Under the pieces are notes generated by a model, which was not told the origin of the DNA, searched no databases, and saw only the letters and a list, made by a program, of their open reading frames with translations. Made by a program: the position numbers and the translations under genes. A stretch of 43,825 nucleotides of DNA from an uncultured archaeon (GTDB taxonomy: Archaea; Thermoproteota; CALKCG01; B24): positions 1 to 43,825 of the forward strand of contig CALKCG010000039.1 in NCBI GenBank assembly GCA_938082915.1, given 5' to 3'. How positions within the stretch are numbered: position 1 is the first letter of the stretch; each line of letters opens with the position of its first letter. This document shows, one piece after another, positions 1 through 9,504 of this stretch.

Positions 1-2
1 GG

Positions 3-920
3 GTGGATCAGAACCTCTTCAACGGGGAATACTATCATCAACTCATAGATTTAAACGATAAGAGTATTCTTGAGCGGTTTAAACAAGCAGATGATAAAGT
101 TGTAGACACGTATTGGGATTATGAGCATGAAGAGATTAAGTACCAGATAGGTGAAGGGTGTGAAATAGATCAAGTAGTAGCACAATGGCATGCAAACATC
201 TCAGGGCTTGGAGAAATATTCGACAAGTCAAAGGTTAGAAAGGCTCTAGAAGCCATATACAAGTACAACTTTAAAAAGAGTTTGAGAAAATTTGCAAATC
301 CATGCCGCATATTCAGTTTAAACGACGAATCTGGCGTCGTCATATGCGAATGGCCTGAGGGGAGACGTAAACCCGTAATACCAGTACCCTATGCTGAAGA
401 AACTATGAGCGGGTTTGAATACGCCGTTTCAAGCCATATGATACAGGAGGGGATGGTAGAACAAGGGTTGGAAATAGTAAAAGCCATCAGAGATAGATAT
501 GACGGAGAGAAGCGAAACCCTTGGAATGAAATCGAGTGCGGAAGCAACTACGCCCGCTCTATGGCTTCTTACGCTCTTCTACTGGCTTTAAGCGGATTCG
601 AATATGATTCGGTTAAAGAGTACATAGGCTTCAATCCACGTATAGATGAGAATGGCAGATTTAAGTGCTTCTGGTCTATTTATTCTGGATGGGGAATTTT
701 CGAATCGGATAAAGCTCAAGCTCTAATTCAAATTAAGTATGGAAATCTGAAAATAAGAAGGCTGAAACTTCCATTCATAAGAGGTCGTAAGATTGACGCC
801 ATCTTAGTAGATGGGAAGAGTGTTGGATTTAAAGAAGACGGCGCGGAGATATTGTTAGACAACGCATACTTGGTCTGCAGAGAACTAATGGTCCGGTTTT
901 CGACAGATGGATCAGGTTAA
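3..920 (+). CDS. GH116-type glycoside hydrolase (beta-glucosidase/glucosylceramidase-like), C-terminal part; 5' end outside window
   Basis: ORF is open at the window edge. Translation shows the C-terminal catalytic-domain signature I associate with GH116 (YAEETMSGFEYAVSSHMIQEG ... RDRYDGEKRNPWNEIECGSNYARSMASYALLLALSG). Assignment is from recalled similarity, not a search. Confidence 0.7.
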   Translation: MDQNLFNGEYYHQLIDLNDKSILERFKQADDKVVDTYWDYEHEEIKYQIGEGCEIDQVVAQWHANISGLGEIFDKSKVRKALEAIYKYNFKKSLRKFANPCRIFSLNDESGVVICEWPEGRRKPVIPVPYAEETMSGFEYAVSSHMIQEGMVEQGLEIVKAIRDRYDGEKRNPWNEIECGSNYARSMASYALLLALSGFEYDSVKEYIGFNPRIDENGRFKCFWSIYSGWGIFESDKAQALIQIKYGNLKIRRLKLPFIRGRKIDAILVDGKSVGFKEDGAEILLDNAYLVCRELMVRFSTDGSG

Positions 921-1820
921 AATCCCCTTAATCTTTCTAAGCTCAGGTCGGTCCATTTCTTCGTCTTGATACGCATACGTAAACTCTTTAAGGCTTGTCG
1001 CAGCACCCACTTCACTCTTATTATTTAATGCTAAAACTGCTATTCCATTTGCGAAGTTTTCACGGTCAAGAGTTTCAAGTATAGCTTTCTCGCAAGCTTT
1101 TTGTGGATTTAACCCTATGCTCATGAGATCGCATACTCTTTTTGAGAGGCAGTAGTTTATGGCTATTTCACCAACTCCAGTTGTAACTGCACCCCCAACT
1201 CTATTGTCAACGTATATGCCAGCCCCTATTATAGCGGAGTCTCCGACTCTACCCGGCATTTTCATAAATAACCCAGTTGTAGAATTTCCCGCTGCCATGG
1301 AGCCATTTGCATCTAAAGCTATAACGCTCACCGTCTCCCTCCAGGAATCCCGCATAACTTTAAGGATCTTACCGTAAAATGAACATTCCCCTAATGCCTC
1401 ACGTTTAATCTTCTCAAGCATTTCCAGCCATTTTTCCCTTGCATTAGGCTTCCAGAAAAATTCCTGTTTAAACCCGCATTTTAAAGCAAATTCTAAAGCA
1501 CCTTCACCTACTAGTAGAATATGTGGTGTAAGCTCCATAACTTTTCTAGCTACGGATATCGGATGCCTTATATGCTTTAAAGCTCCAACGGCACCGCATC
1601 TGAGAGTCTCCCCGTCCATTATGGATGCGTCGAGTTCAACCTCTCCCTTAAAGTTTGGAAGCCCGCCCAAACCAACGGTTAAGACTTCCAAATCATCCTC
1701 CACTACTTTTATACCTTCTTCAACAGCGTCCAGTGCTGAACCACCAGACTCTAAGACGGACAAACCTCTTTCAACAGCCTTAGAGCCGAAGTCCCATGTA
1801 GCAACCATGACCCGTTTCAT
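912..1820 (-). CDS. Ntn-hydrolase of the asparaginase_2 family (isoaspartyl peptidase / L-asparaginase / glycosylasparaginase-like)
   Basis: 302-aa ORF with ATG start. ETVSVIALDANGSMAAGNSTTGLFMKMPGRVGDSAIIGAGIYVD matches the autoprocessing-Thr region and the GRVGDS / GAG motifs of plant-type asparaginases. Convergent 9-nt overlap with the previous gene. Confidence 0.85.
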   Translation of the reverse strand: MKRVMVATWDFGSKAVERGLSVLESGGSALDAVEEGIKVVEDDLEVLTVGLGGLPNFKGEVELDASIMDGETLRCGAVGALKHIRHPISVARKVMELTPHILLVGEGALEFALKCGFKQEFFWKPNAREKWLEMLEKIKREALGECSFYGKILKVMRDSWRETVSVIALDANGSMAAGNSTTGLFMKMPGRVGDSAIIGAGIYVDNRVGGAVTTGVGEIAINYCLSKRVCDLMSIGLNPQKACEKAILETLDRENFANGIAVLALNNKSEVGAATSLKEFTYAYQDEEMDRPELRKIKGILT

Positions 1821-1837
1821 TTCGCTCTAAAAACCCA

Positions 1838-1863
1838 TTTAAACATGTTTAGCTTTTATAAGC
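1838..1863 (-). promoter_or_regulatory. TATA-like element plus 10-bp palindrome upstream of the asparaginase-family gene
   Basis: GCTTTTATAAGC lies at 1852-1863, with its core about 35-40 nt upstream of the ATG at 1820. Perfect palindrome AAACATGTTT at 1841-1850 sits between this element and the start. Typical archaeal promoter geometry; not experimentally supported. Confidence 0.35.
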
Positions 1864-1869
1864 TTAACC

Positions 1870-2829
1870 TTGAAGCTTGAAATACCGAGGATAATACTGG
1901 GTGCACAACCATTCCTTGGAGAATCATATCAAGGAGAAGAGAAGAACACTGTGTATAGGATTAGGTTTTCAAATGTACATTACACAGTTGAACTTTTGCG
2001 AAAGGCGTATGAAAGCGGTTTAAATACGATATCGGTCATGAGCATGCCGGGCAACGAATTGTTCAAGAAGCTTTTAGAAGCCTTAAGGTTTCTCAAGAGG
2101 GAGGGGACTGTTTTCCAAGTTGCACCCTGTGTAAGTGTACCGCTGAAGCTTGATGATCGCCCCATTGACGATTACAGAAGATGGCTTACCTATTTCAACT
2201 ACGAATGTAAATACGTCGACCCGAAGGAGCTTGAGAAGAAGTATTTAAACGACCCCATTCTCTTAACAAGATCGAATTGGAGAAGGCTCTTCCTCCAGAT
2301 GATGAAGGAAGGAAAACCGTATAGACAGGAAGAATTTACAAAGATTCAGGTTGATTTTAAACTGTTGGAAAATAGAGTGTTTGCCTTCGAAGAATTTGAA
2401 ACGCCTTTCATAAACTTGGGTTCAGAATGCGATTTCCTAGCGATGACGGATAGATTGGATATTTTAAGCGAGCTGATCGAATGGTTGAAGACCAAAGGTT
2501 TTAACCGTGTCCTCATATCTTCTCACCACGCTGGATCTACAATACCGATCATTGAAAACTTGGGTTTAAAAGTAGACGGATATGCCACCCCCGTGAATCC
2601 TATGGGTGCTTTAATGCTTCCGACGGCTGAAGAGGCGCTGAAAGCCATTAGACTAGTTGCTGATAGAGTGGTAGCAATCAAACCCTTAGCTGGAGGAAGA
2701 GTTAACCCATACGAAGCCTTCAACTTTCTTAATAGCAATAGCATCAAACATTTTATGTTAGGGGTTGCTTCGCATGAAGAACTCAAAGCAGATTTAGAGG
2801 CGGTTAGACAGGTGTTTCAAACATTTTAA
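1870..2829 (+). CDS. hypothetical protein (319 aa)
   Basis: Long uninterrupted ORF with coding-like composition. TTG start in the ORF track, so the true start is uncertain. I recognise no diagnostic motif. Confidence 0.5.
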   Translation: MKLEIPRIILGAQPFLGESYQGEEKNTVYRIRFSNVHYTVELLRKAYESGLNTISVMSMPGNELFKKLLEALRFLKREGTVFQVAPCVSVPLKLDDRPIDDYRRWLTYFNYECKYVDPKELEKKYLNDPILLTRSNWRRLFLQMMKEGKPYRQEEFTKIQVDFKLLENRVFAFEEFETPFINLGSECDFLAMTDRLDILSELIEWLKTKGFNRVLISSHHAGSTIPIIENLGLKVDGYATPVNPMGALMLPTAEEALKAIRLVADRVVAIKPLAGGRVNPYEAFNFLNSNSIKHFMLGVASHEELKADLEAVRQVFQTF

Positions 2830-2983
2830 ATGATTCAAGTCTACGTAAACTCGTCTATTTTATGGCTGTAGGAGAGGATGGCCTAATCTTAAACGGCAAT
2901 TGCATCTTCGAAATTTTCAAGAAGACTTTTTAAAGGTTGAAGTATTGCTCTAAGCGTGGGGTTGAGCATCAGCGTGTAGGAAG

Positions 2984-3730
2984 ATGGTAGTATTGAATAG
3001 CGCGAAGACGGCTTTAGTTGAACTCGTAGATGTCTGTAAAGAGTATAGGGTGGGAGGAGTCATTACAATGGCACTTAAAAACGTAAATTTTAAAGTGTAT
3101 GAAAAAGACTTGGTTGCGATAATGGGTCCATCCGGCTCCGGTAAGACGACACTACTTAACATGCTCGGACTTCTCGATAGAGCTACTAGCGGAAAAATAG
3201 TCTTCGATGGACAGGACGTTTCAAAATTAAGCGATAGAGAACTTGCCAATTTGAGGAATACAAAGCTGGGTTTTGTATTTCAAACCTTCAACTTGATCAA
3301 TAGGTTAACCGTTTTTGAGAATATAGAACTTCCATTGATACCTAAAGGTCTCCCAAGGAACATAAGAGCTGAAATGGTTAAAGACGCATTGATTAAAGTT
3401 GGAGGGGAAATGGAGTGGTTAAAAAAGAGGCCTAACCAGCTTTCTGGAGGACAGCAGCAGAGGGTTGCGATTGCAAGGGCTATTGTTGGAAGACCAGCCA
3501 TAATACTAGCTGATGAGCCGACTGGAAATCTAGATAGGATGTCGGCAAAGACCGTTATCGCGACTCTTCTAGAGTTGAATAAAGAGGGGCATACTGTAGT
3601 GATTGTAACACATGACCCTGAAGTTGCGAATTGCACTCAAAAGATATATGTAATCAGAGACGGGACAATAGTTGGTGAATATAGACCTAACCCAGACGAA
3701 TCTCTTATTAGGAAGTTATCGAAGGATTAA
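2984..3730 (+). CDS. ABC transporter ATP-binding protein (MacB/LolD-like)
   Basis: Walker A GPSGSGKTT, ABC signature LSGGQQQRVAIARA, Walker B ILADEPTGNLD, H-loop VTHD. Confidence 0.92.
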   Translation: MVVLNSAKTALVELVDVCKEYRVGGVITMALKNVNFKVYEKDLVAIMGPSGSGKTTLLNMLGLLDRATSGKIVFDGQDVSKLSDRELANLRNTKLGFVFQTFNLINRLTVFENIELPLIPKGLPRNIRAEMVKDALIKVGGEMEWLKKRPNQLSGGQQQRVAIARAIVGRPAIILADEPTGNLDRMSAKTVIATLLELNKEGHTVVIVTHDPEVANCTQKIYVIRDGTIVGEYRPNPDESLIRKLSKD

Positions 3731-3757
3731 AGATTGGCGTTTATAGGTGTATGAGTT

Positions 3758-6700
3758 TTGAAAAAGAGATTTACAAATCTCAAAGAAAGAAGTTTCGCCT
3801 TCACACTACTTTTAACGATACTGGTATTGACGAATGCTACTCTTCTTAAAATAGATACCCATTGTCAGTTAGAGGAGTTCAACATCGTTGGGGTAAATGT
3901 TAAATCTTCATCAGGGTCACCAAGCATATACCCTGGCAGCAGGAGAGTTAGCTTGAGAATCGAAGCCATGTATGCAGGTGTTGAAGCAGAAGCGGTGGTA
4001 GGACGTTTAAAAACACCTTTGGGTATAGAATTCAGCGCGGGAAGTGGTTCATCGGCACCTGCGAAACTCTTAAACGGGTCTATTGCATACAAGGTTAAAA
4101 CCGGAGACTACGTAACTTTCGATTATCTACTGGACCTATCAAACTCGCTACGACCTGGCATATACGATTTAAAATTAAACATAACCTACCGCTCCGGTTC
4201 GCTTCTCTCATACGAAGAACATACAATAACCATAAGGGTTTACGACTACCCTGACATCTCGCTGAGGGTCGTTGACGCTTATCTATCACCGGCTGCTTAT
4301 CCAGGCTCAAGCGATACGAATCTCTACGTTCTACTGGAAAATGTGGGCGATTCCACAATAAGCTCTGCCAGTTTTAACATTTCATTACCAAAAGGCTTCA
4401 CAGTCGATAATCCCAAAGCAACCGTTGGCCTTATCAACAAGGGTGAAAGATTCACTTTAACGTTTTCAGGTATTTCGATACCTATCGGTGCATCAATCGG
4501 CGTCTATACGGCTGAAGTTTACGTAGATGCAAGTATGAGGACTGAGGATGGCGTTACGTATAGTGACGCAACAACGTTTAATGCACAGTTCGACGTAACT
4601 ACTCCTCCACGTGAAGACCCGATAGTGATCTCATATGTTTCAGTGATGTATCGAGGTGAGGCAGCACCGCTGCTTCCATCGGCAAGGGGAGTTACCCTTA
4701 GAATCGGATTAATCAATAGACTTTCTGATGTCATAGGCGCTATGGGCATCATACCTCTACTTCCAGATGGGGTGAAAGTGACCTCCATCTCTGGAACGTA
4801 TGCCAATGGGATGGGGGCTGGAGGTTCCTCTTTTATAGATATGACAGTTGATGTAGACTCAACTGTGAAGCCTGGTCGATACGACGGATTAATCAGCATA
4901 TCCTATGTTAGAATAGTTTCTGGAGCCTCTTTCTTAGCGTATCAGACTGTGAGGTTTCAGATTACTGTTGAAGACTTTCGCGATTACGTGCCGGAACTTG
5001 CCATTTCATCCATTTATTGGGGTTCTCCAAATCCAAACCCAGCGTATGAGAATTCACGGTATACTCCGTTGACTTTAAGTTTTATCAATGAGGGGCGATA
5101 TAACATCGTCGGAGGCTTCGTCAACGTAACTTCAAAATACTTGAGAGCGATTAAGGGCTCGGAAACGCTACCGACTAGGTTGATACCTGGGTCTTCCGCA
5201 TCCGTCACCCTATACTTCGACGTAAATGCTTCCATTCAATCTATTCCAATTGAAGTTTTCGTGAACTATGTCTTCGACGAATTTGGAACACATATTGAGG
5301 TAACTCGAAGGTTTACAATCAATCTTCCAATAGAGAAATATCCGGCCTCAGACAGTAAGATTTCAATAGTTGGCTCCGGTTGGCAGAACAATTACAGCGT
5401 TTTTCCAGAAACAGATAATGCGACGTATCAGGTGACTATTGCAAATCGAACTCCATTCTCCATAGGTGGAATAAACCTTACACTTAAACTGCCTAAAGGT
5501 ATGACTTCAAACGGACGAAATGAAGCGACTACATACGTTGAAGGACCCATAAGGAGCCTAAACACTTTTACCGCTTCATTTACAATTTCCATTGGGAAAA
5601 TACAGCCGGGAAGATATAATGGGACTCTAATAGCAGATTTCATTGTTTTATCTGGTGGACCTGGAGTTAGATACATTGAAGAATATAATTTTACCATCAA
5701 TATATGTGACGATCGTCAGGCGGTAGAGTTCATAGATAGTACGTGGTATGAGGGGGCAGTTGGTCCTAATACTTACGGAGCGCATTTGCTGGCATCAATT
5801 AGAAACAATTACGTAGATAATATGAGGGGGGTTGTTTTAGAGTTGAATTTACCGAACGGTATCTTTAATTCCCACGATAATTCCTCTTACGTTAAAATCG
5901 CCCCAGCATCTAGAGAAGTCGCTGGATTAATCCAGCAAATGCGGATTCCAACTCCAGAGGAACTATTAAGCATCTACCAAGCAGGAGTTCCTCAAACTTT
6001 TTCTAGAGGTGACATTTTAACGTTTGTTATAAGTGTTAACATAGTTGATTTGGGTGTTGGACGATACAATGCTGATGGTAGACTTTCCTACATAGATCAA
6101 TGGGGTACTAGAAGAGCAGTAAACGTTACGATTCCAATTACGATTTTAGGAAGAACGAGCTATGTTGAACTCTATATGAGTGGAAGTTTAAACGTTAAAA
6201 AACGTTTTACAAACGCCTCACTGACTATAGTAAACGTGGGAAGCTCTCCAATGTACGATGTTTACGTAATAGTATCACCTTATCGAGGAGCTACTATTTT
6301 AATACCATCTCCTTCAATAGCTTACATTGGGAATATTGCTTCAAACGGTAGACGTGAAATACCAATTACATTAGCCTATAACCCGCTTGGTTCGGTAACA
6401 CAAGCTGAAGGGGTAACTGTAATCACATATGGTCCTGTTCCACTTATGATTTCAGTAGTTTATAGGGATGCGAGTGGTATGATTAAAATGTTTAACAATA
6501 CGGTGACGATTGTAGTTGAGCCGTTTATAGATCTTCAGATAAGAGATGTTAAAGCTACTGGGACACCTACATCTTCAACAGTTTCAGGTATTATTGTAAA
6601 CTATGGTTCGGCTACGGCTTACAGAGTTGAGGCCAGCTTGAAAGTTAACAACGTAAGTAGGTCAACCTTCATTGGAGATATCGGCCCAGGCTCAGAAGTG

Positions 6701-6958
6701 GCTTTCAGAATAGATGTCTCGACTTACAATGAAACTGGAGTACTACGTATAAGATACTATAATATTTTTAATGAATTAGATTATGTTGAAGCAATTGTTA
6801 AGATAATTTTACAGGAGGAGACAACCACAGCACCAGTTCAAAGCAAGGGAATTGGTATTGAGACTTGGATAATAGTAGTTGCTGTCACAGTATTTCTAAC
6901 GGTTTCAGCATTTCTAATCTATAGGTTTTTAAAGACCCATTCAACTGGTAGAACTTAG
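3758..6958 (+). CDS. Large secreted/cell-surface protein built of repeated beta-sandwich (CARDB / S-layer-domain-like) modules, C-terminal TM anchor
   Basis: 1066 aa. N-terminal hydrophobic signal/anchor (FAFTLLLTILVLTNATLL) and C-terminal TM (WIIVVAVTVFLTVSAFLIYRF). Virtually Cys-free, Ser/Thr/Asn/Val-rich, with recurring x-V-x-N-x-G-type strand motifs. Sits between an ABC ATPase and an FtsX-type permease. Confidence 0.7.
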   Translation: MKKRFTNLKERSFAFTLLLTILVLTNATLLKIDTHCQLEEFNIVGVNVKSSSGSPSIYPGSRRVSLRIEAMYAGVEAEAVVGRLKTPLGIEFSAGSGSSAPAKLLNGSIAYKVKTGDYVTFDYLLDLSNSLRPGIYDLKLNITYRSGSLLSYEEHTITIRVYDYPDISLRVVDAYLSPAAYPGSSDTNLYVLLENVGDSTISSASFNISLPKGFTVDNPKATVGLINKGERFTLTFSGISIPIGASIGVYTAEVYVDASMRTEDGVTYSDATTFNAQFDVTTPPREDPIVISYVSVMYRGEAAPLLPSARGVTLRIGLINRLSDVIGAMGIIPLLPDGVKVTSISGTYANGMGAGGSSFIDMTVDVDSTVKPGRYDGLISISYVRIVSGASFLAYQTVRFQITVEDFRDYVPELAISSIYWGSPNPNPAYENSRYTPLTLSFINEGRYNIVGGFVNVTSKYLRAIKGSETLPTRLIPGSSASVTLYFDVNASIQSIPIEVFVNYVFDEFGTHIEVTRRFTINLPIEKYPASDSKISIVGSGWQNNYSVFPETDNATYQVTIANRTPFSIGGINLTLKLPKGMTSNGRNEATTYVEGPIRSLNTFTASFTISIGKIQPGRYNGTLIADFIVLSGGPGVRYIEEYNFTINICDDRQAVEFIDSTWYEGAVGPNTYGAHLLASIRNNYVDNMRGVVLELNLPNGIFNSHDNSSYVKIAPASREVAGLIQQMRIPTPEELLSIYQAGVPQTFSRGDILTFVISVNIVDLGVGRYNADGRLSYIDQWGTRRAVNVTIPITILGRTSYVELYMSGSLNVKKRFTNASLTIVNVGSSPMYDVYVIVSPYRGATILIPSPSIAYIGNIASNGRREIPITLAYNPLGSVTQAEGVTVITYGPVPLMISVVYRDASGMIKMFNNTVTIVVEPFIDLQIRDVKATGTPTSSTVSGIIVNYGSATAYRVEASLKVNNVSRSTFIGDIGPGSEVAFRIDVSTYNETGVLRIRYYNIFNELDYVEAIVKIILQEETTTAPVQSKGIGIETWIIVVAVTVFLTVSAFLIYRFLKTHSTGRT

Positions 6959-8187
6959 TGAAGACGTCGATGAATCCATATATGATTTTAGATTTCATTA
7001 GACTTTCACTAAAGGCGTTAAGTGAGAGAAGAGTAAGGGCTCTTTTGACAACCGTCGGCATCTCCATAGGACCCTTAGTATTGGTTATGATGAGCTCTGT
7101 TGTGGGAGGATATTCAGATTATATAGTTGAGAAGGTGACATCCCTCGGACAGAATGCGATAGCCATTTTTCCAAATGAAAATTACAAGATAAGCGATGAG
7201 GACTTGCAATTTGTAAGGTCTATACCGGAGGTTGCGAAGGCTGAACCCTTCTATTCAATTCAAGGAGTGCTTAAGAGGGGAACTGAAGAAATTAAGGTTT
7301 CGATTTTCGCCGTAGACTACACGTTGCTTTTTGAGGCAATAGGGAGTTTAAAAATAAGTGAGGGGAAAATCCCATCTGAGACAGAAGTACTATACTCTAT
7401 AGTTGGTAGAAAGATCGCCTTCAAAGATAGTGGTGAACGGTGTTTCACCTTGAATGATGTTTTAACAATAGACGTCCCAAGGATAGAAGGGGGAAAGATA
7501 ACTGGTAAGAAGAGTTTAAACATAATTTTAGGTGCAATCCTCGAAGAATACGGTGGAGCGTTAATAGTCGACCCAGATTCAACGATTTTCCTAAGCCCAG
7601 AGGCAGGTAGGCGATTACTCGGTATGAGGGATTGGTCAGGAATATTTGTACTTGCCAGAGACCCATCGTTTGTTAGGACAATTGTCTCAACTTTAAGAAG
7701 TAAGTATGAAGATAGGTTGCGGGTTATAGCATTTAGCGCAATAGCTGAAACGATATCTAGCGTTACCAGCGCAATAGATTTCATAAACTTCTCAACTTCA
7801 CTTTCCGCTTTCGCCGTCGCAGTAGCAGGCACTGCTGCAACCATGATAACGGCAGTTATGGAAAGAACCAGGGAGATAGGTGTGATGAAGGCTATAGGCT
7901 ATACAAATAGTCAAATCCTATTTATGGTACTTTTAGAGTCTATAATGATGAGTTTAATTGGAGGATTGGTCGGAATATCACTGGGAGTATTCGGTGCACA
8001 TATACTATCTTCTAGGGGACTTAGCATAAGAGGAATTGAGCTAACGTTTGTAGCAAATCCCAAGATAACGTCAAATCTAATCGTTCAGACGATGCTACTG
8101 ACGATTTCAGTGGGTTTAGTTGGTGGAGCATTGCCAGCATACAGGGCATCGAAAATCCCACCCGTAGTAGCTTTAAGATACGAGTGA
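6958..8187 (+). CDS. ABC transporter permease, FtsX/MacB-type
   Basis: 409 aa. N-terminal TM, large extracytoplasmic domain, then a three-TM C-terminal FtsX-like bundle (REIGVMKAIGYTNSQILFMVLLES...). GTG start overlaps the upstream stop by 1 nt. Confidence 0.85.
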   Translation: MKTSMNPYMILDFIRLSLKALSERRVRALLTTVGISIGPLVLVMMSSVVGGYSDYIVEKVTSLGQNAIAIFPNENYKISDEDLQFVRSIPEVAKAEPFYSIQGVLKRGTEEIKVSIFAVDYTLLFEAIGSLKISEGKIPSETEVLYSIVGRKIAFKDSGERCFTLNDVLTIDVPRIEGGKITGKKSLNIILGAILEEYGGALIVDPDSTIFLSPEAGRRLLGMRDWSGIFVLARDPSFVRTIVSTLRSKYEDRLRVIAFSAIAETISSVTSAIDFINFSTSLSAFAVAVAGTAATMITAVMERTREIGVMKAIGYTNSQILFMVLLESIMMSLIGGLVGISLGVFGAHILSSRGLSIRGIELTFVANPKITSNLIVQTMLLTISVGLVGGALPAYRASKIPPVVALRYE

Positions 8188-8279
8188 AACTTTGATGATT
8201 CCCACTTTAACCTAACTAGATACGGGAATTACATTCTAAGAAAAAGGAGAAAATCTAGTACTACTTCAAATTTCATACG

Positions 8280-9371
8280 TTAAACATAGCATCTACCAAT
8301 CCATTCTCTCTTCTTCTTTAAGTAGTAAAGGTAAGTTTGGTATGAGACTTCCGGCGGACATCTGTGGTCTACCATAGGTATGTAGCCTCCCTCTTCAAGT
8401 ATTGGTGTGAGCCTTTCAAGCTCTTTATCTATAGAATTGCCGCCAGCTATTAAAGCCATTTTATTTACACCTCCCATGAGTAGAACCCTACGACCATATT
8501 CTTCTCTAAGCCTGTATATGTCTGTGCAGCGTGCTTCCAATGGAAACATACAATTTATCCCTGCTTTAAGCCACCCAGGGACTAAGCGGGTTATATCTCC
8601 ATCGCAATCAACTATGTTGATTGTAACTCCATATTCTTTCAGCACATCCGTCACTTTCTTATATCTTGGAACCATAAATTCTTCAAAGTGTCGGACGGAT
8701 ATCAATGGACCTTTATTATAGCACATGTCTTCCCACCAAGTTGCAAAGTCTACTTTGACAGCTCGTAAAGCCTTTCTGATGACAGCTATCCATAGATCGA
8801 CTAGAGTATCCATCATTTCAGCAACCCAGTCTGGATCCCTGTAAAAGGCCATGGATATTCCTTGAACTCCCATTAGGTTTCTAAGCCACCCATATAGGCT
8901 GCCAATACTTATTCCTAGGGGGGCTTCACGCTCTTTATATGTAGCCGCTATTTCATCCCAGTTTAGTGGGAAGCGCCCCGGTGTATTTGGGTCAAAGAAG
9001 GGTTTCAATTTCTCCCAATCATCCCTAGTTTTCAAAGGATATTTAATATAATGCGGCGGAGAAGACGTGCTTTTAGTAGCTAAGTACACACCGCCCATTC
9101 CATCGTCAACCAGAACTCTGTCCTTTTCCTCCTTAATTATCCTACTTGGCAGAGGAGGCCACAACCCTGTCACAACCGGTAGCATGTCTATGCAATCCCA
9201 TCCTTCAAGACCAAGATACAACTCCACATCCCTATTGGTTTTCACTTCGAGTGGAAGACCCTCTCTATGCCATCTATCGATCGTTTCACTCCAATACCCG
9301 AACTCGTAATCTGGAACTCTATCAACCTCTTTAAACTGGAAAACCCTATGGAAACGCTCTAAGTGGTTCAA
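8280..9371 (-). CDS. Uroporphyrinogen-decarboxylase (URO-D)-like family protein
   Basis: 363 aa. N-terminal ...VDRVPDYEFGYWSETIDRWHREGLP and C-terminal ...GGYIPMVDHRCPPEVSYQTYLYYL resemble the URO-D-like TIM-barrel family. Recalled similarity only. Confidence 0.6.
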   Translation of the reverse strand: MNHLERFHRVFQFKEVDRVPDYEFGYWSETIDRWHREGLPLEVKTNRDVELYLGLEGWDCIDMLPVVTGLWPPLPSRIIKEEKDRVLVDDGMGGVYLATKSTSSPPHYIKYPLKTRDDWEKLKPFFDPNTPGRFPLNWDEIAATYKEREAPLGISIGSLYGWLRNLMGVQGISMAFYRDPDWVAEMMDTLVDLWIAVIRKALRAVKVDFATWWEDMCYNKGPLISVRHFEEFMVPRYKKVTDVLKEYGVTINIVDCDGDITRLVPGWLKAGINCMFPLEARCTDIYRLREEYGRRVLLMGGVNKMALIAGGNSIDKELERLTPILEEGGYIPMVDHRCPPEVSYQTYLYYLKKKREWIGRCYV

Positions 9372-9436
9372 GAGTTACACCGCTATTATCAATGTGAGAA
9401 AAACTAATAAAATCTACTCTAGGTCTTAAAAAGAGT

Positions 9437-9456
9437 ATATGCTGAAAATAGCATAT
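9437..9456. promoter_or_regulatory. Inverted repeat in a divergent intergenic region (possible operator)
   Basis: ATATGCT-GAAAAT-AGCATAT (7-bp arms, 6-nt spacer) lies between the divergent genes 8280-9371(-) and 9505-11850(+). An A/T-rich TATA-like stretch AACTTTAAATAAT follows about 20-30 nt upstream of 9505. Confidence 0.3.
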
Positions 9457-9504
9457 TATGTATATAGGTAGAAAACTTTAAATAATCGATGTCTTCAACT
9501 CTTA